DNA of 64,000 nt from a bacterium (GTDB lineage Bacteria; Patescibacteriota; Gracilibacteria; Peribacterales; Peribacteraceae): the NCBI GenBank assembly GCA_027592135.1, contig JAQCIJ010000001.1, positions 34,156-98,155 of the forward strand, given 5' to 3'. A program made the position numbers and the translations under genes. Of the stretch, positions 19,077 through 28,349 are shown piece by piece. The stretch's first letter is position 1, and each line of letters begins with the position of its first letter. The notes below the pieces were generated by a model that saw only the letters and a list, made by a program, of their open reading frames with translations, did not search any database and was not told where the DNA came from.

Positions 19077-21302
19077 TTAATCTTGCGCTACTTTATCTAT
19101 GTAGACTTCACGGGCTTTTGCACCGTTGCTTGGTCCTATCAGATTTTTTTCTTCCATAATATCCAGTAGCCTCGCAGCTCTGGCATATCCGACTTTCAGC
19201 TGTCTCTGCAAAAGGCTCGCAGACGCTTTTCCTGTTTCTTGTACAACACGAACAGCCTCGAAGAACATATCATCTCCGCCATTATCGTCTGCATCCAAAT
19301 TAATATAACTGCCATTGCTTCCCTCTTCACCATCTTCTCCTCTGTTTCCATCCATTTCTATCTGCTCGGTCACTTTTCCACCTCCGGCAATCTTTACGCT
19401 ATTGATAACACGTTCGACTTCTTTACCGGTAACAAGGATACCTTGTATACGGATTGGGTTCGAAGTCTCTGCAGTCATATACAGCATATCCCCTCTGCCA
19501 AGTAAATCTTCTGCACCAATGGAATCTAAGATAGTGCGAGAGTCCACAGCAGATACTGTGCGGAAGGCGATACGTGTAGGGATGTTTGCCTTAATAAGAC
19601 CAGTAATAACATCGACGCTCGGACGCTGTGTAGCAATAATCAAGTGCATACCTGTAGCACGCGCCATTTGTGCAATACGTGCGATCATGGTTTCTGTATC
19701 TCTGCGATATTGGCGCATCATCAAGTCGGCAAGCTCATCAACGACAATAACAATACGCGGAAGCATGTGCTCTTCTTCTTTTTGTTTTTCGTTAAATTCA
19801 TCAAGGTTACGCACTCCTGCCTCAGAGAACCGGTGCAAGCGACGTCCCATTTCTGCAACTGCCCAACGCAATGCTTGTAGGGCGCGTTCTGCTTCTGTGA
19901 TAACCGGAGTAAGAAGGTGAGGAATACCATCGTAGGGCATAAGTTCTACACGCTTCGGGTCAATAAGAATCAATTTAAGTTCATGTGGTGCATTCTGGAA
20001 GAGTAGTGATGTTAGAAATGCATTCATGCAGACTGATTTACCAGAACCTGTAGCACCGGCTATCAGCAAATGCGGCATGTCGTTAAGAGCTGCTACAACT
20101 GCATTACCAGATACATCTCTACCGAGAGGCAAGCTAAGAGGGGATTCACTCTCCATAAATTGTGGGCTCTCCATAATCTCTCGAAGATGGACCAGTGTTC
20201 TTACAGAGTTTGGCATCTCAATACCGACAAGAGATTTTCCAGGAATAGGCGCTTCGATACGAAGGCTGGGGGCTGCTAGTGCCAAAGCCAAGTCGTCTTT
20301 AAGGGCCGCAATTTTACTAAGCTTTACTCCTTCTGCAGGCTTTAGTGTAAATTGTGTCACTGTTGGACCTGGATGTGCATCACGCATGGTAACGTCGATA
20401 TCAAATTCTTCCAGCTTCTCTTCGATAAGTTTGGCCTGCTTCTTTAGTTCGGCATCGTCGACTTTGAGTTCCGAATGCGTTCCATCGAGCAAATCGTATT
20501 GAGGGAATGTCCATTCTTCGAATCGCGTGTCTTTCATCTGCAATGTATCTTTTACTTTTTTGCTTAGTATTTTTTTAGTGCGGTCTTTTATAGAGGTCTG
20601 CGCAAAGGCTGGACGAACAATATTTAACTCTGGTTGTTCTTGGTCGTCTTCTACCAAATCGTCATCCTCATCGGACTCTTCATCATCTTCTTCGTATTCA
20701 TCTTCTTCGTACTCGTCATCTTCATCCACTACTTTCTTGCGACGTTTTTTCTTCTTTGGTTTTAGTACACTTCCTGCCCATTCAAGAATGCCTCCGAAGT
20801 CTGGTTCAAAGGATATAAAGAGACCCGAGATAAAGACAGCACTGAGTACCGTGTACCCAACAGTTCTACTGGTAAATACCAAAAATGGAAGACTCATCAT
20901 AAAGCCAACGGATCCAGCTAACGCATCTCTATTAGAAGCGATTTCTTCTAGAGGTGCTCCGATGTGGACAATTCCCAAAAAGGAAAGTAAACACAGCACA
21001 AGCCCGACACTGCGCTTCGTTTCAAATTGAGCATTATGTGCAAACCAGTGAAGTAATCCGGAGATAATCAAAAATGCGGGAAAAATTCCACTCCATGCAC
21101 CAAAAAAGAATGTCAAAGCTGTTCCCATGCTTTCTCCAACAAGTCCAGCGTCTTGATTAATAACAAGGTACAGAAGGATTCCTGCAGTAATCTGGCCTGT
21201 GCCAGAAACGAGTCTCTGCGTTTCGGGCGCGAGATTGAGGGCGTTCTTTTTCTTTGCACGCCTTCGGCGGTATTTTCGACGTTTTTTGCGAACCATTACC
21301 AT
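19077..21302 (-). CDS. ftsK: DNA translocase FtsK/SpoIIIE
   Basis: N-terminal TM helices, an acidic linker, a motor domain (LLIAGATGSGKS, IVIVVDELADLM, HLIIATQRPSVDV) and a gamma winged-helix domain (LLQRQLKVGYARAARLLDIME). Confidence 0.93.
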   Translation of the reverse strand: MVMVRKKRRKYRRRRAKKKNALNLAPETQRLVSGTGQITAGILLYLVINQDAGLVGESMGTALTFFFGAWSGIFPAFLIISGLLHWFAHNAQFETKRSVGLVLCLLSFLGIVHIGAPLEEIASNRDALAGSVGFMMSLPFLVFTSRTVGYTVLSAVFISGLFISFEPDFGGILEWAGSVLKPKKKKRRKKVVDEDDEYEEDEYEEDDEESDEDDDLVEDDQEQPELNIVRPAFAQTSIKDRTKKILSKKVKDTLQMKDTRFEEWTFPQYDLLDGTHSELKVDDAELKKQAKLIEEKLEEFDIDVTMRDAHPGPTVTQFTLKPAEGVKLSKIAALKDDLALALAAPSLRIEAPIPGKSLVGIEMPNSVRTLVHLREIMESPQFMESESPLSLPLGRDVSGNAVVAALNDMPHLLIAGATGSGKSVCMNAFLTSLLFQNAPHELKLILIDPKRVELMPYDGIPHLLTPVITEAERALQALRWAVAEMGRRLHRFSEAGVRNLDEFNEKQKEEEHMLPRIVIVVDELADLMMRQYRRDTETMIARIAQMARATGMHLIIATQRPSVDVITGLIKANIPTRIAFRTVSAVDSRTILDSIGAEDLLGRGDMLYMTAETSNPIRIQGILVTGKEVERVINSVKIAGGGKVTEQIEMDGNRGEDGEEGSNGSYINLDADDNGGDDMFFEAVRVVQETGKASASLLQRQLKVGYARAARLLDIMEEKNLIGPSNGAKAREVYIDKVAQD

Positions 21303-21346
21303 AAGTATACCAGAACTTCTGATTTGCGAAAGAATGGTATTTTTCG

Positions 21347-21937
21347 CTAAGCAAAGGGATCATTATCTTGTGTAATCATTTGCAAATACTTTAGAAAGTC
21401 ATTTCGACTCGAAATAAGTGAGCGCATCAAAAACACACAATGAGCAATATCGCTATAGTCTCTCAACACAGTTTCTGGCAAAGAAGCAGCAAATGGTTTC
21501 CACGAAGTTGTGGAAGTTGAGCATAGCCGATGTATACCTTCTTTAACTCTATCTACAATACACTGATTTTCAATAGAAACAGTTGAGCGATAGACAGTTT
21601 CTGGTGGCCCTTCTTCGTGAATCCATAGATCGTTAAAAGAGTGCTGCTGTACTGTGTATCCTTGAGGTTTCAGATTCTGTTGTATTTTGCATCGTAGTCG
21701 ATAGATCAGTCTTCTTGCTGTTTGTACTTTCTCTATTTCTGAGTACTGTAAATTACACATGCCACTTGCGGTTTTCACTTGCGCAGTGCACATACCAGAT
21801 CGCAAAGAGAGACTTCCAAATTCTTTCGGATCATATGCAATACTTACTGAGAAATTACCTGGATCAAATGCATCCCATTGTAGAGTGTCAGCAATGATTT
21901 CATCGGTATGGACATTTGCCCTTCGATCTTCTTTCAT
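21347..21937 (-). CDS. Hypothetical protein
   Basis: 196-aa ORF in its own slot downstream of ftsK. No recognisable motif. Confidence 0.5.
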   Translation of the reverse strand: MKEDRRANVHTDEIIADTLQWDAFDPGNFSVSIAYDPKEFGSLSLRSGMCTAQVKTASGMCNLQYSEIEKVQTARRLIYRLRCKIQQNLKPQGYTVQQHSFNDLWIHEEGPPETVYRSTVSIENQCIVDRVKEGIHRLCSTSTTSWKPFAASLPETVLRDYSDIAHCVFLMRSLISSRNDFLKYLQMITQDNDPFA

Positions 21938-21982
21938 ACGAAAAAGTATGCAATCGCACAGCCATTCCTTGCAATGAGTTGC

Positions 21983-21988
21983 TATACT
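21983..21988 (+). promoter_or_regulatory. -10-like TATACT box 6 nt upstream of the ATG at 21995
   Basis: The sequence is gcTATACTtaatgtATG. Confidence 0.35.
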
Positions 21989-21994
21989 TAATGT

Positions 21995-22822
21995 ATGAAA
22001 GTAGTCATTTTTGGCGGCAGAGGCTATATGGGGCAGTACTTTGCATCACTGTATCCCGATGCATTGACACCATCCGTGGATATTGCAGACAGCAGGGATA
22101 TCGCAGATGTTCTCGATACTGAGAAGCCTGATGTCGTCATTAACTGTGCAGGGAAAACTGGACGCCCAAATGTCGATTGGTGTGAGACACACAAGCAAGA
22201 AACTATCCATAGTAATGTGATCGGACCACTAGTTCTTGTCGAAGAGTGTGGAAAGCGTGACGTGTACCTTGTACACATTGGAACAGGGTGTGTGTACTCG
22301 GGGAATTCTTCCACACCATTTACAGAAACCGATGCTCCAAACTTTTTTGGGAGTTTTTACTCTCGAAGTAAAGGTGTGATAGATCAGCTTCTTCATGATT
22401 TTCCAGTACTCAATATCCGTCTCCGTATGCCATTTGATGGCACTAGTAACGAGCGTAATCTCATAAATAAGATCAAAAAATACGACAGACTACTGGATAC
22501 AGAAAATTCTATGACGTACATCCCAGACTTACTTGCAGCTGCAGATACACTTATCCAGAAGCGGGCAACTGGACCCTATAACATCACAAACCCTGGTGCG
22601 ATTACACCATTTAGAATCATGGAGCTGTATAAAGAGATCGTTGATCCAAGCCATACATTTGCACTTCTCAAGGAAGAGGACCTACCAGAGGTCGCATCTG
22701 CCGGTCGCAGCAGCTGTGTGCTGTCTGGAGACAAATTAGCATCAGAAGGAATAGTGATGAAACCTGTAGAAGATGCCTTCCGAGAAGCCCTTCATACACT
22801 CAAATCTGCAGCGAATTCGTAG
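21995..22822 (+). CDS. NRS/ER-type NDP-4-keto-6-deoxyglucose 3,5-epimerase/4-reductase (RmlD-superfamily, rhamnose synthesis)
   Basis: Recalled similarity to plant/viral NRS/ER along most of its length: GKTGRPNVDWCETHKQETI, TPFTETDAPNFFGSFYSRSKG, LRMPFDG, NSMTYIPDLL, TGPYNITNPG. Confidence 0.7.
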   Translation: MKVVIFGGRGYMGQYFASLYPDALTPSVDIADSRDIADVLDTEKPDVVINCAGKTGRPNVDWCETHKQETIHSNVIGPLVLVEECGKRDVYLVHIGTGCVYSGNSSTPFTETDAPNFFGSFYSRSKGVIDQLLHDFPVLNIRLRMPFDGTSNERNLINKIKKYDRLLDTENSMTYIPDLLAAADTLIQKRATGPYNITNPGAITPFRIMELYKEIVDPSHTFALLKEEDLPEVASAGRSSCVLSGDKLASEGIVMKPVEDAFREALHTLKSAANS

Positions 22823-22847
22823 TATTGTGCAATATTCGATATTGTGT

Positions 22848-22853
22848 TATAAT
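22848..22853 (+). promoter_or_regulatory. Extended -10-like TGtTATAAT 11 nt upstream of the ATG at 22865
   Basis: The sequence is tgTGtTATAATaatttatagatATG. Confidence 0.3.
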
Positions 22854-22864
22854 AATTTATAGAT

Positions 22865-24658
22865 ATGAAGACTCTCAAACCTCAAATTCAGGCTCTAGTC
22901 AACAGATTGGGATCACTTTTGAAACGTCGTTGGAAACGCGTTCTTATCTTCGTTGTTATTGCGCTTCCTGTTATAGCGCTCACAAACTTCCTGAGATCCG
23001 AGCCAGAACCTGAATATCTAACTGCTCAAGTGGAGCGAGGAGAACTGGTTCAGGCTGTAGAGGTTGTGGCTACCGTAATTTCAGAGAAAGATCTTGAGCT
23101 CAAATTCCCTGTATCAGGGATCGTCGATGAATTACTTGTTTCTGATGGTGATATTGTCATAGCAGGGCAGGAACTTGCGAGACTCCGATCAGGAAGTTTA
23201 AATGCAGCAGTATCTGCAGCTCAAGCCCGTCTTACTACTACCTATGCAGAACTTCGTGCCTTAGAAGAAGGGGCTCGACCAGAGGATATTGCCATTGCAG
23301 AGGCAGAGCTTCAGAACAAGAAGGCATCACTAGATTTTGCTCAATCAAAGTTTGATGCAGCAGTAGATTCATTAGAGCAGGCAAATAGTAAATTAGAATC
23401 ACTACAATCAGAAGCAAAGACTGCTTCTATTGGTGAGGTAGCGAGTGCGAGCAGCACACTTTTGAAAGAAATTTCCAAGACAGAGACAGCACTTGGTGTT
23501 ATCGAAGATGTATTCGAAGATCTTACACTACAGAATATCTTGTCACAGGCTCAGCCTGCAGAATATTCAGAGATTGAAACCCAGAGAAAAGCTACATATG
23601 CAGCAATTGCCGATTTCATCTTTCAGCAAAGAGGTTCTTCAAAAGATTTTAGAGAGGCATCAGCAGCACTTCTTGCGTCTCGAACAATAATTAATGATGC
23701 TGCGCGTATTATTCAGAGAGCGTATGACTTTATCTCTCGACAAGAACCCTTGGGACTCTTTGATTTCACAAAAAAGGAAACCCTCAAAAACTCTCTTGCA
23801 ACACAGAAGAACAATGCAGAAACTGCCTATAACAATATCGATACTGCCTACAAAGCTTTACAGGATAAAGTGGCAAACTTTGATACGAGAATTGCGACAG
23901 AGGAATCTAACCTCGTAACTTCTAAAGGAGCACGAGACCAAGCGCTTGCCGACATCAACACATTCCGTACCGCAGTTGCCGTTTCAGAGGCACAGCTATC
24001 TCTGAAGAAAGCAGGAACACGAAAGGCAGATGTCGATGCATCTCGTGGGCGTGTACAATCAGCGCGAGCTGACCTCGAAAGAGCTCAGGCAGATTATGAC
24101 GATACGATCCTTAGGGCACCAATCGATGGAACAATTACCAAAGTAAACCTAAAGAAAGGGGAGTTCACCCCTGGCCAGTTTAGCGAGACGGTTGCGGCTA
24201 TTACTATTCTTGGAGTATCGCCGTACCGTATCGAAGTCTTTACCTCAGAGATTGATATTCCAAAGATCGACTACAAGCAGCCTGGAGAACTTCTTTTGGA
24301 TGCATATCCCAATAGAGAATTTCCAGTGGAAGTAACCGAGATCGACCCAGCAGCGACGATTGTCGATGGGGTTCCGAAGTATCGCATCAAGTTGGATTTT
24401 CCAGAGAGTTTTGAAAAACTCTTAAAAATTGGCATGACAGGGGATCTTGATATTATCACTGACATCAAAGAAGACGCGCTCTACATTCCTGGACGTGCAG
24501 TTATCAAAAACGAAGAAGGGGAAGACATCGTCCGTGTGCTTCTGGAAGACGGAGAGGTAGAAGAGAGACCAGTAGTTGTCGGGATGGAAACCATTACCAA
24601 TGTAGAAATTGTTAAAGGTCTCGAAGAAGGAGAAGCAGTAATCGTTCTTATTAAGTAG
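22865..24658 (+). CDS. HlyD/MacA-family periplasmic adaptor with a very long coiled-coil hairpin
   Basis: N-terminal TM, lipoyl-like halves (GIVDELLVSDGDIVIAGQELARL ... ILRAPIDGTITKVNLKKGE), a long alpha-helical Ala/Glu/Gln-rich middle, and a C-terminal beta-barrel/MP domain. Confidence 0.85.
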   Translation: MKTLKPQIQALVNRLGSLLKRRWKRVLIFVVIALPVIALTNFLRSEPEPEYLTAQVERGELVQAVEVVATVISEKDLELKFPVSGIVDELLVSDGDIVIAGQELARLRSGSLNAAVSAAQARLTTTYAELRALEEGARPEDIAIAEAELQNKKASLDFAQSKFDAAVDSLEQANSKLESLQSEAKTASIGEVASASSTLLKEISKTETALGVIEDVFEDLTLQNILSQAQPAEYSEIETQRKATYAAIADFIFQQRGSSKDFREASAALLASRTIINDAARIIQRAYDFISRQEPLGLFDFTKKETLKNSLATQKNNAETAYNNIDTAYKALQDKVANFDTRIATEESNLVTSKGARDQALADINTFRTAVAVSEAQLSLKKAGTRKADVDASRGRVQSARADLERAQADYDDTILRAPIDGTITKVNLKKGEFTPGQFSETVAAITILGVSPYRIEVFTSEIDIPKIDYKQPGELLLDAYPNREFPVEVTEIDPAATIVDGVPKYRIKLDFPESFEKLLKIGMTGDLDIITDIKEDALYIPGRAVIKNEEGEDIVRVLLEDGEVEERPVVVGMETITNVEIVKGLEEGEAVIVLIK

Positions 24659-24659
24659 C

Positions 24660-25415
24660 ATGCCCAAGAAAACAAAAAAAACAGCCGCGCCATTAATAGA
24701 GACGCAAAATCTCCACAAGTCGTACTTTAGTGAGGAGTTGGAGACGGCAGTATTACATGGAATTAATCTGACGATTCATGAAGAAGAGTTTATTTCTATT
24801 ATGGGACCTTCGGGTTCTGGAAAATCTACACTGATGCATATTTTAGGATTTCTGGATCAGCCAACACAAGGAAAGTATCTCTTTCGTGGAGAGCCAACAA
24901 GAACAATGACCGACGATGAACTTGCTGCTATTCGTGCAACTCGTGTGAGTTTTGTATTCCAAGCTTTTAACTTGCTACCGAGAACATCGGTACTCGACAA
25001 CGTAATGTTACCATTGCTCTATCACCCTACGATTCCTGCATCCGAAAGAATCGATCGATCCATGGAAGCTATCAGAGCTGTAGATCTTACAGATCGTGCA
25101 CTGTATTACACCAATCAACTTTCTGGAGGGCAGCAGCAACGCGTGGCAATTGCCAGAGCTCTGGTAACAGATCCTGATGTTATCTTTGCCGATGAACCAA
25201 CAGGAAACCTGGATAGTACGTCTGGAAACCAAGTGATGGAAGTGTTACAAAATCTGCATGAACAAGGAGGAAGAACCATTATCCTTGTAACACATGAACA
25301 AAGTACTGCAGCGCACGCGAAGCGTATTATTCATCTCAAAGATGGTCTGGTCGATTCCGATGTACAATCCTTTAAGCGTATTTCTGCAAAAACAAACAAT
25401 ACCCTCGAAAAGTAA
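24660..25415 (+). CDS. ABC transporter ATP-binding protein (MacB/LolD type)
   Basis: [10 protein letters not shown] Walker [16 protein letters not shown] signature, [11 protein letters not shown] Walker B. Confidence 0.93.
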   Translation: MPKKTKKTAAPLIETQNLHKSYFSEELETAVLHGINLTIHEEEFISIMGPSGSGKSTLMHILGFLDQPTQGKYLFRGEPTRTMTDDELAAIRATRVSFVFQAFNLLPRTSVLDNVMLPLLYHPTIPASERIDRSMEAIRAVDLTDRALYYTNQLSGGQQQRVAIARALVTDPDVIFADEPTGNLDSTSGNQVMEVLQNLHEQGGRTIILVTHEQSTAAHAKRIIHLKDGLVDSDVQSFKRISAKTNNTLEK

Positions 25416-26644
25416 TGCTTATTAAAGATACGATGTTTGCGGCGCAGCGCAGTCTGACCAGTAATAAAAGCAGGTCACTGCTTACGATGCTTGGTGTCAT
25501 TATTGGTGTAGGGTCTGTTGTGCTCATGACATCTGTCGGAGCAAGTATGGAAAAACTGATTCTCGGACAGATTAGTTCTATTGGTGCAAAAAGCATGGTG
25601 ATTTTCCCTGGCCAACAACAAGGTGCAGAAGGAGCTATTCAGGCAGGGTATGATAGTCTGACATTCGAAGATATTGATGCACTCAATAAACTCACAACCA
25701 TCACAAGTGTGGCTCCTGCTATGTTTATGGCTGTAGATCAAGCTACGTTCGGAAGAGAGAAGACAGAGCCTCGTGTTATCGGAACGATTCCGAATTACTT
25801 TAATAATCGTGAGGTAAACGTAGAGCGCGGAAGATTACTCGATGAAAGTGATGTACGTGCTGCACGTAATGTTGTCGTTCTGGGGTCAGAAATTGTCGAT
25901 GACTTATTCGGTCCTCAAAATCCCATTGGGAAACGCGTTAAACTCGGATCGAGGTCGTATGAGGTTATCGGTACGTTGGAATCGATTGGTACGCAGTTTT
26001 TCCAGAATGCCGATGAGTTTGTGTTTATTCCACTGACAACAGCTCGTGCGCAGAACGCACAGAAGTATGTGAATATTGTCAGTATGCAGTCGGTAGGGGA
26101 TTTTGATCTTGCTCAATATGATGTCGAGACACTGCTGAGGCGTCGGCACGGGATAGTGAACCCCGATGGAGATCCCGATAAAGATGACTTTATTGTTAGT
26201 ACATCAGCCCAAGCGAACGACATTCTTGGGTCAGTATCGCTGGGACTCACACTATTTATTACTACCGTTGCGGGTATCTCTCTTATTGTTGGCGGCATCG
26301 GTATTATGAATATCATGCTCGTATCTGTCACAGAGCGCACGCGTGAAATTGGTTTGCGTAAGGCAATTGGTGCCAAGCGTAGAGATATCCTCTTGCAGTT
26401 TCTCGTAGAAGCGATAGCCCTTACGATGCTGGCAGGAATCATTGGAGTTGTATGTGGAGTGGGGCTTGCAGCACTGATTGCAGCTATTACGGATACGTTC
26501 TTACCAACCTACGACTTTGTGATGTCCTATCCTTCTATAGGAGTGGCCCTTGCTATGGCATATGTTGTAGGGCTAGGATTCGGAATCTATCCTGCTAAAA
26601 AAGCTGCCGATCTTTCCCCTATGAATGCCCTTCGCTACGAGTAA
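25415..26644 (+). CDS. ABC transporter permease, FtsX/MacB family (copy 1)
   Basis: MacB-type periplasmic domain between TM1 and TM2, an FtsX C-terminal module (GGIGIMNIMLVSVTERTREIGLRKAIGA) and the tail PAKKAADLSPMNALRYE. There is a 1-nt TAATG overlap with the ATPase gene. Confidence 0.9.
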   Translation: MLIKDTMFAAQRSLTSNKSRSLLTMLGVIIGVGSVVLMTSVGASMEKLILGQISSIGAKSMVIFPGQQQGAEGAIQAGYDSLTFEDIDALNKLTTITSVAPAMFMAVDQATFGREKTEPRVIGTIPNYFNNREVNVERGRLLDESDVRAARNVVVLGSEIVDDLFGPQNPIGKRVKLGSRSYEVIGTLESIGTQFFQNADEFVFIPLTTARAQNAQKYVNIVSMQSVGDFDLAQYDVETLLRRRHGIVNPDGDPDKDDFIVSTSAQANDILGSVSLGLTLFITTVAGISLIVGGIGIMNIMLVSVTERTREIGLRKAIGAKRRDILLQFLVEAIALTMLAGIIGVVCGVGLAALIAAITDTFLPTYDFVMSYPSIGVALAMAYVVGLGFGIYPAKKAADLSPMNALRYE

Positions 26645-27865
26645 ATGCTACTTACTGATACATTCAAATCGGCATACACAGCAATCACCGCTCATCGGAT
26701 GCGGTCGATCCTTACGATGCTTGGTATTATTATCGGAGTGGGTTCTGTAGTGCTGATGGTATCTGTAGGACGCAGTTTCGAGCGATATGTGCTGGATCAA
26801 GTAGAGTCGTTCTCGAGTCACTTAATTGAGGTCTATCCAACTGGTTTCGAGAAATTTGGACGCACACTTGATTCATTAAGCTTTGCAGATTACGAGGCTG
26901 TCTTGAAGCTCACGACAGTAAAAGATGTAGCACCAGTTATTTTTATTCGTGAAAAAGTTTCGGTAGGTACAGAAGAGATCTCTCCAAATATTTTTGGGAC
27001 GACACACCATTTTTTCAGTAACTATAGTCTCAAGCTACGTGACGGTAGAATTTTAAACGATTCAGACTTTAAAGGTGCACGCTCTGTTGCAGTGCTAGGA
27101 TTCCAAGCGGCAGAAGATTTGTTTGGACCAAACAATCCTTTGGAAAATCGCATTCGTATCGGTCAGAGGTTTTATACGGTCGTTGGTGTAATGGACACCG
27201 TCGGTTCTGCACTACTGCAGGATCTTGACTCTTTTGTGTATGTACCGTTTACCACAGCGCGTGCACAGACAGGGCAGAAGTTTATGAGTTATATGACGAT
27301 GAAGGCGACTATCGAAGATGATGCATTAGCAATGGCAGATGTCACATCTCTACTTCGTCAGAGACACGGTATAGAAAACCCTGATAATAATTACGACAAA
27401 GACGACTTTCGCGCACGGAGTGCATCTCAAGCGACAGAGATAGTAGGAACAGTAGGTCTTGGCCTTACAGCATTTATCGGTCTGATCGCAGGTATTTCTC
27501 TGATAGTAGGAGGAATCGGAATTATGAACATCATGCTTGTGTCTGTTACAGAGCGCACAAGAGAGATTGGTCTTCGTAAAGCACTTGGCGCTACTCGCCA
27601 AGATATTATGCGTCAGTTCCTTATAGAAGCAGTAGCGCTTACGATGCTTGGGGGAACGATCGGTATTATCGGAGGAGCAGTCATTGGAGCAGTGCTTACT
27701 GCAGTAGCGAGTAAGTTCGTTGGTCACGTACCATTTTTACTATCTATCCCTGCATTACTGTCAGCCGCCGGTATGGCTTTGGCTGTAGGACTGCTGTTTG
27801 GGATAGTCCCTGCAAGAAAGGCTGCAGATTTAAGCCCAATGGAAGCTATAAGATGGGAGGGGTAA
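26645..27865 (+). CDS. ABC transporter permease, FtsX/MacB family (copy 2)
   Basis: Paralogue of the preceding gene with the same MNIMLVSVTERTREIGLRKA motif. It starts immediately after the previous stop. Confidence 0.9.
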   Translation: MLLTDTFKSAYTAITAHRMRSILTMLGIIIGVGSVVLMVSVGRSFERYVLDQVESFSSHLIEVYPTGFEKFGRTLDSLSFADYEAVLKLTTVKDVAPVIFIREKVSVGTEEISPNIFGTTHHFFSNYSLKLRDGRILNDSDFKGARSVAVLGFQAAEDLFGPNNPLENRIRIGQRFYTVVGVMDTVGSALLQDLDSFVYVPFTTARAQTGQKFMSYMTMKATIEDDALAMADVTSLLRQRHGIENPDNNYDKDDFRARSASQATEIVGTVGLGLTAFIGLIAGISLIVGGIGIMNIMLVSVTERTREIGLRKALGATRQDIMRQFLIEAVALTMLGGTIGIIGGAVIGAVLTAVASKFVGHVPFLLSIPALLSAAGMALAVGLLFGIVPARKAADLSPMEAIRWEG

Positions 27866-28095
27866 CTACCGTACATCGTCGCATAGAGATCTTCTTCTAG
27901 AGAATGAAATCGATGGTGCATAGAATATTCGAGAGTACCAATAGCATGTGCATTTGAAAGTATTCCTTTGCTATTACCATCTATACGATCAGACAAGCGT
28001 TTCTCCGTACCTCGCATACTTTTTTGTACTCCTTGAATATGGAAAACAATGTCTTTAAGGGTAACGCCGCCGTTGTTTGCATCGTGTTCTTTCAT
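27724..28095 (-). CDS. Questionable hypothetical ORF whose last ~47 codons run antisense to the permease 3' end
   Basis: 123-aa ORF. The first ~77 aa look protein-like (MKEHDANNGGVTLKDIVFHIQGVQKSM...). The remainder overlaps the convergent CDS by 142 nt. Confidence 0.3.
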   Translation of the reverse strand: MKEHDANNGGVTLKDIVFHIQGVQKSMRGTEKRLSDRIDGNSKGILSNAHAIGTLEYSMHHRFHSLEEDLYATMYGSYPSHLIASIGLKSAAFLAGTIPNSSPTAKAIPAADSNAGIDSKNGT

Positions 28096-28217
28096 GGGTT
28101 TTGTATGATAGATGTTGAAAGGGTGAGGAACAAGTTGAGAAATGGAACGCTCACATTTTCCTTGAGATAATAGGTAGATACGCTAAAATCCTTCACGTGG
28201 GTCGGTACCGAAGTGGT

Positions 28218-28260
28218 TCAGCCGTCGCTCCTCGCTTCGCACGGAGCTATGGCCGACAAG
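28218..28260 (+). repeat. 43-nt GC-rich hairpin insertion, copy 1, in the D loop of the tRNA-like gene
   Basis: Sequence TCAGCCGTCGCTCCTCGCTTCGCACGGAGCTATGGCCGACAAG. GCCGTCGCTC pairs with GAGCTATGGC. Confidence 0.85.
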
Positions 28261-28283
28261 CAAACGGGTCTGGCTGTAAACCA

Positions 28284-28326
28284 TCAGCCGTCGCTCTTTA
28301 CTTCGTTACGAGCTATGGCCGACAGG
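28284..28326 (+). repeat. 43-nt GC-rich hairpin insertion, copy 2, in the 3' strand of the anticodon stem
   Basis: Sequence TCAGCCGTCGCTCTTTACTTCGTTACGAGCTATGGCCGACAGG. It is 35/43 identical to copy 1 and has the same length. Confidence 0.85.
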
Positions 28327-28349
28327 GATGGCTCCGCCTTCGGGGGTTC

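Noticed and set aside
28218-28326. Possible mini-CRISPR array (two 43-nt repeats with a 23-nt spacer)
   Set aside because: There are only two repeats, they are only 35/43 identical, and the spacer is an exact segment of tRNA-Tyr. No cas genes or leader are present.
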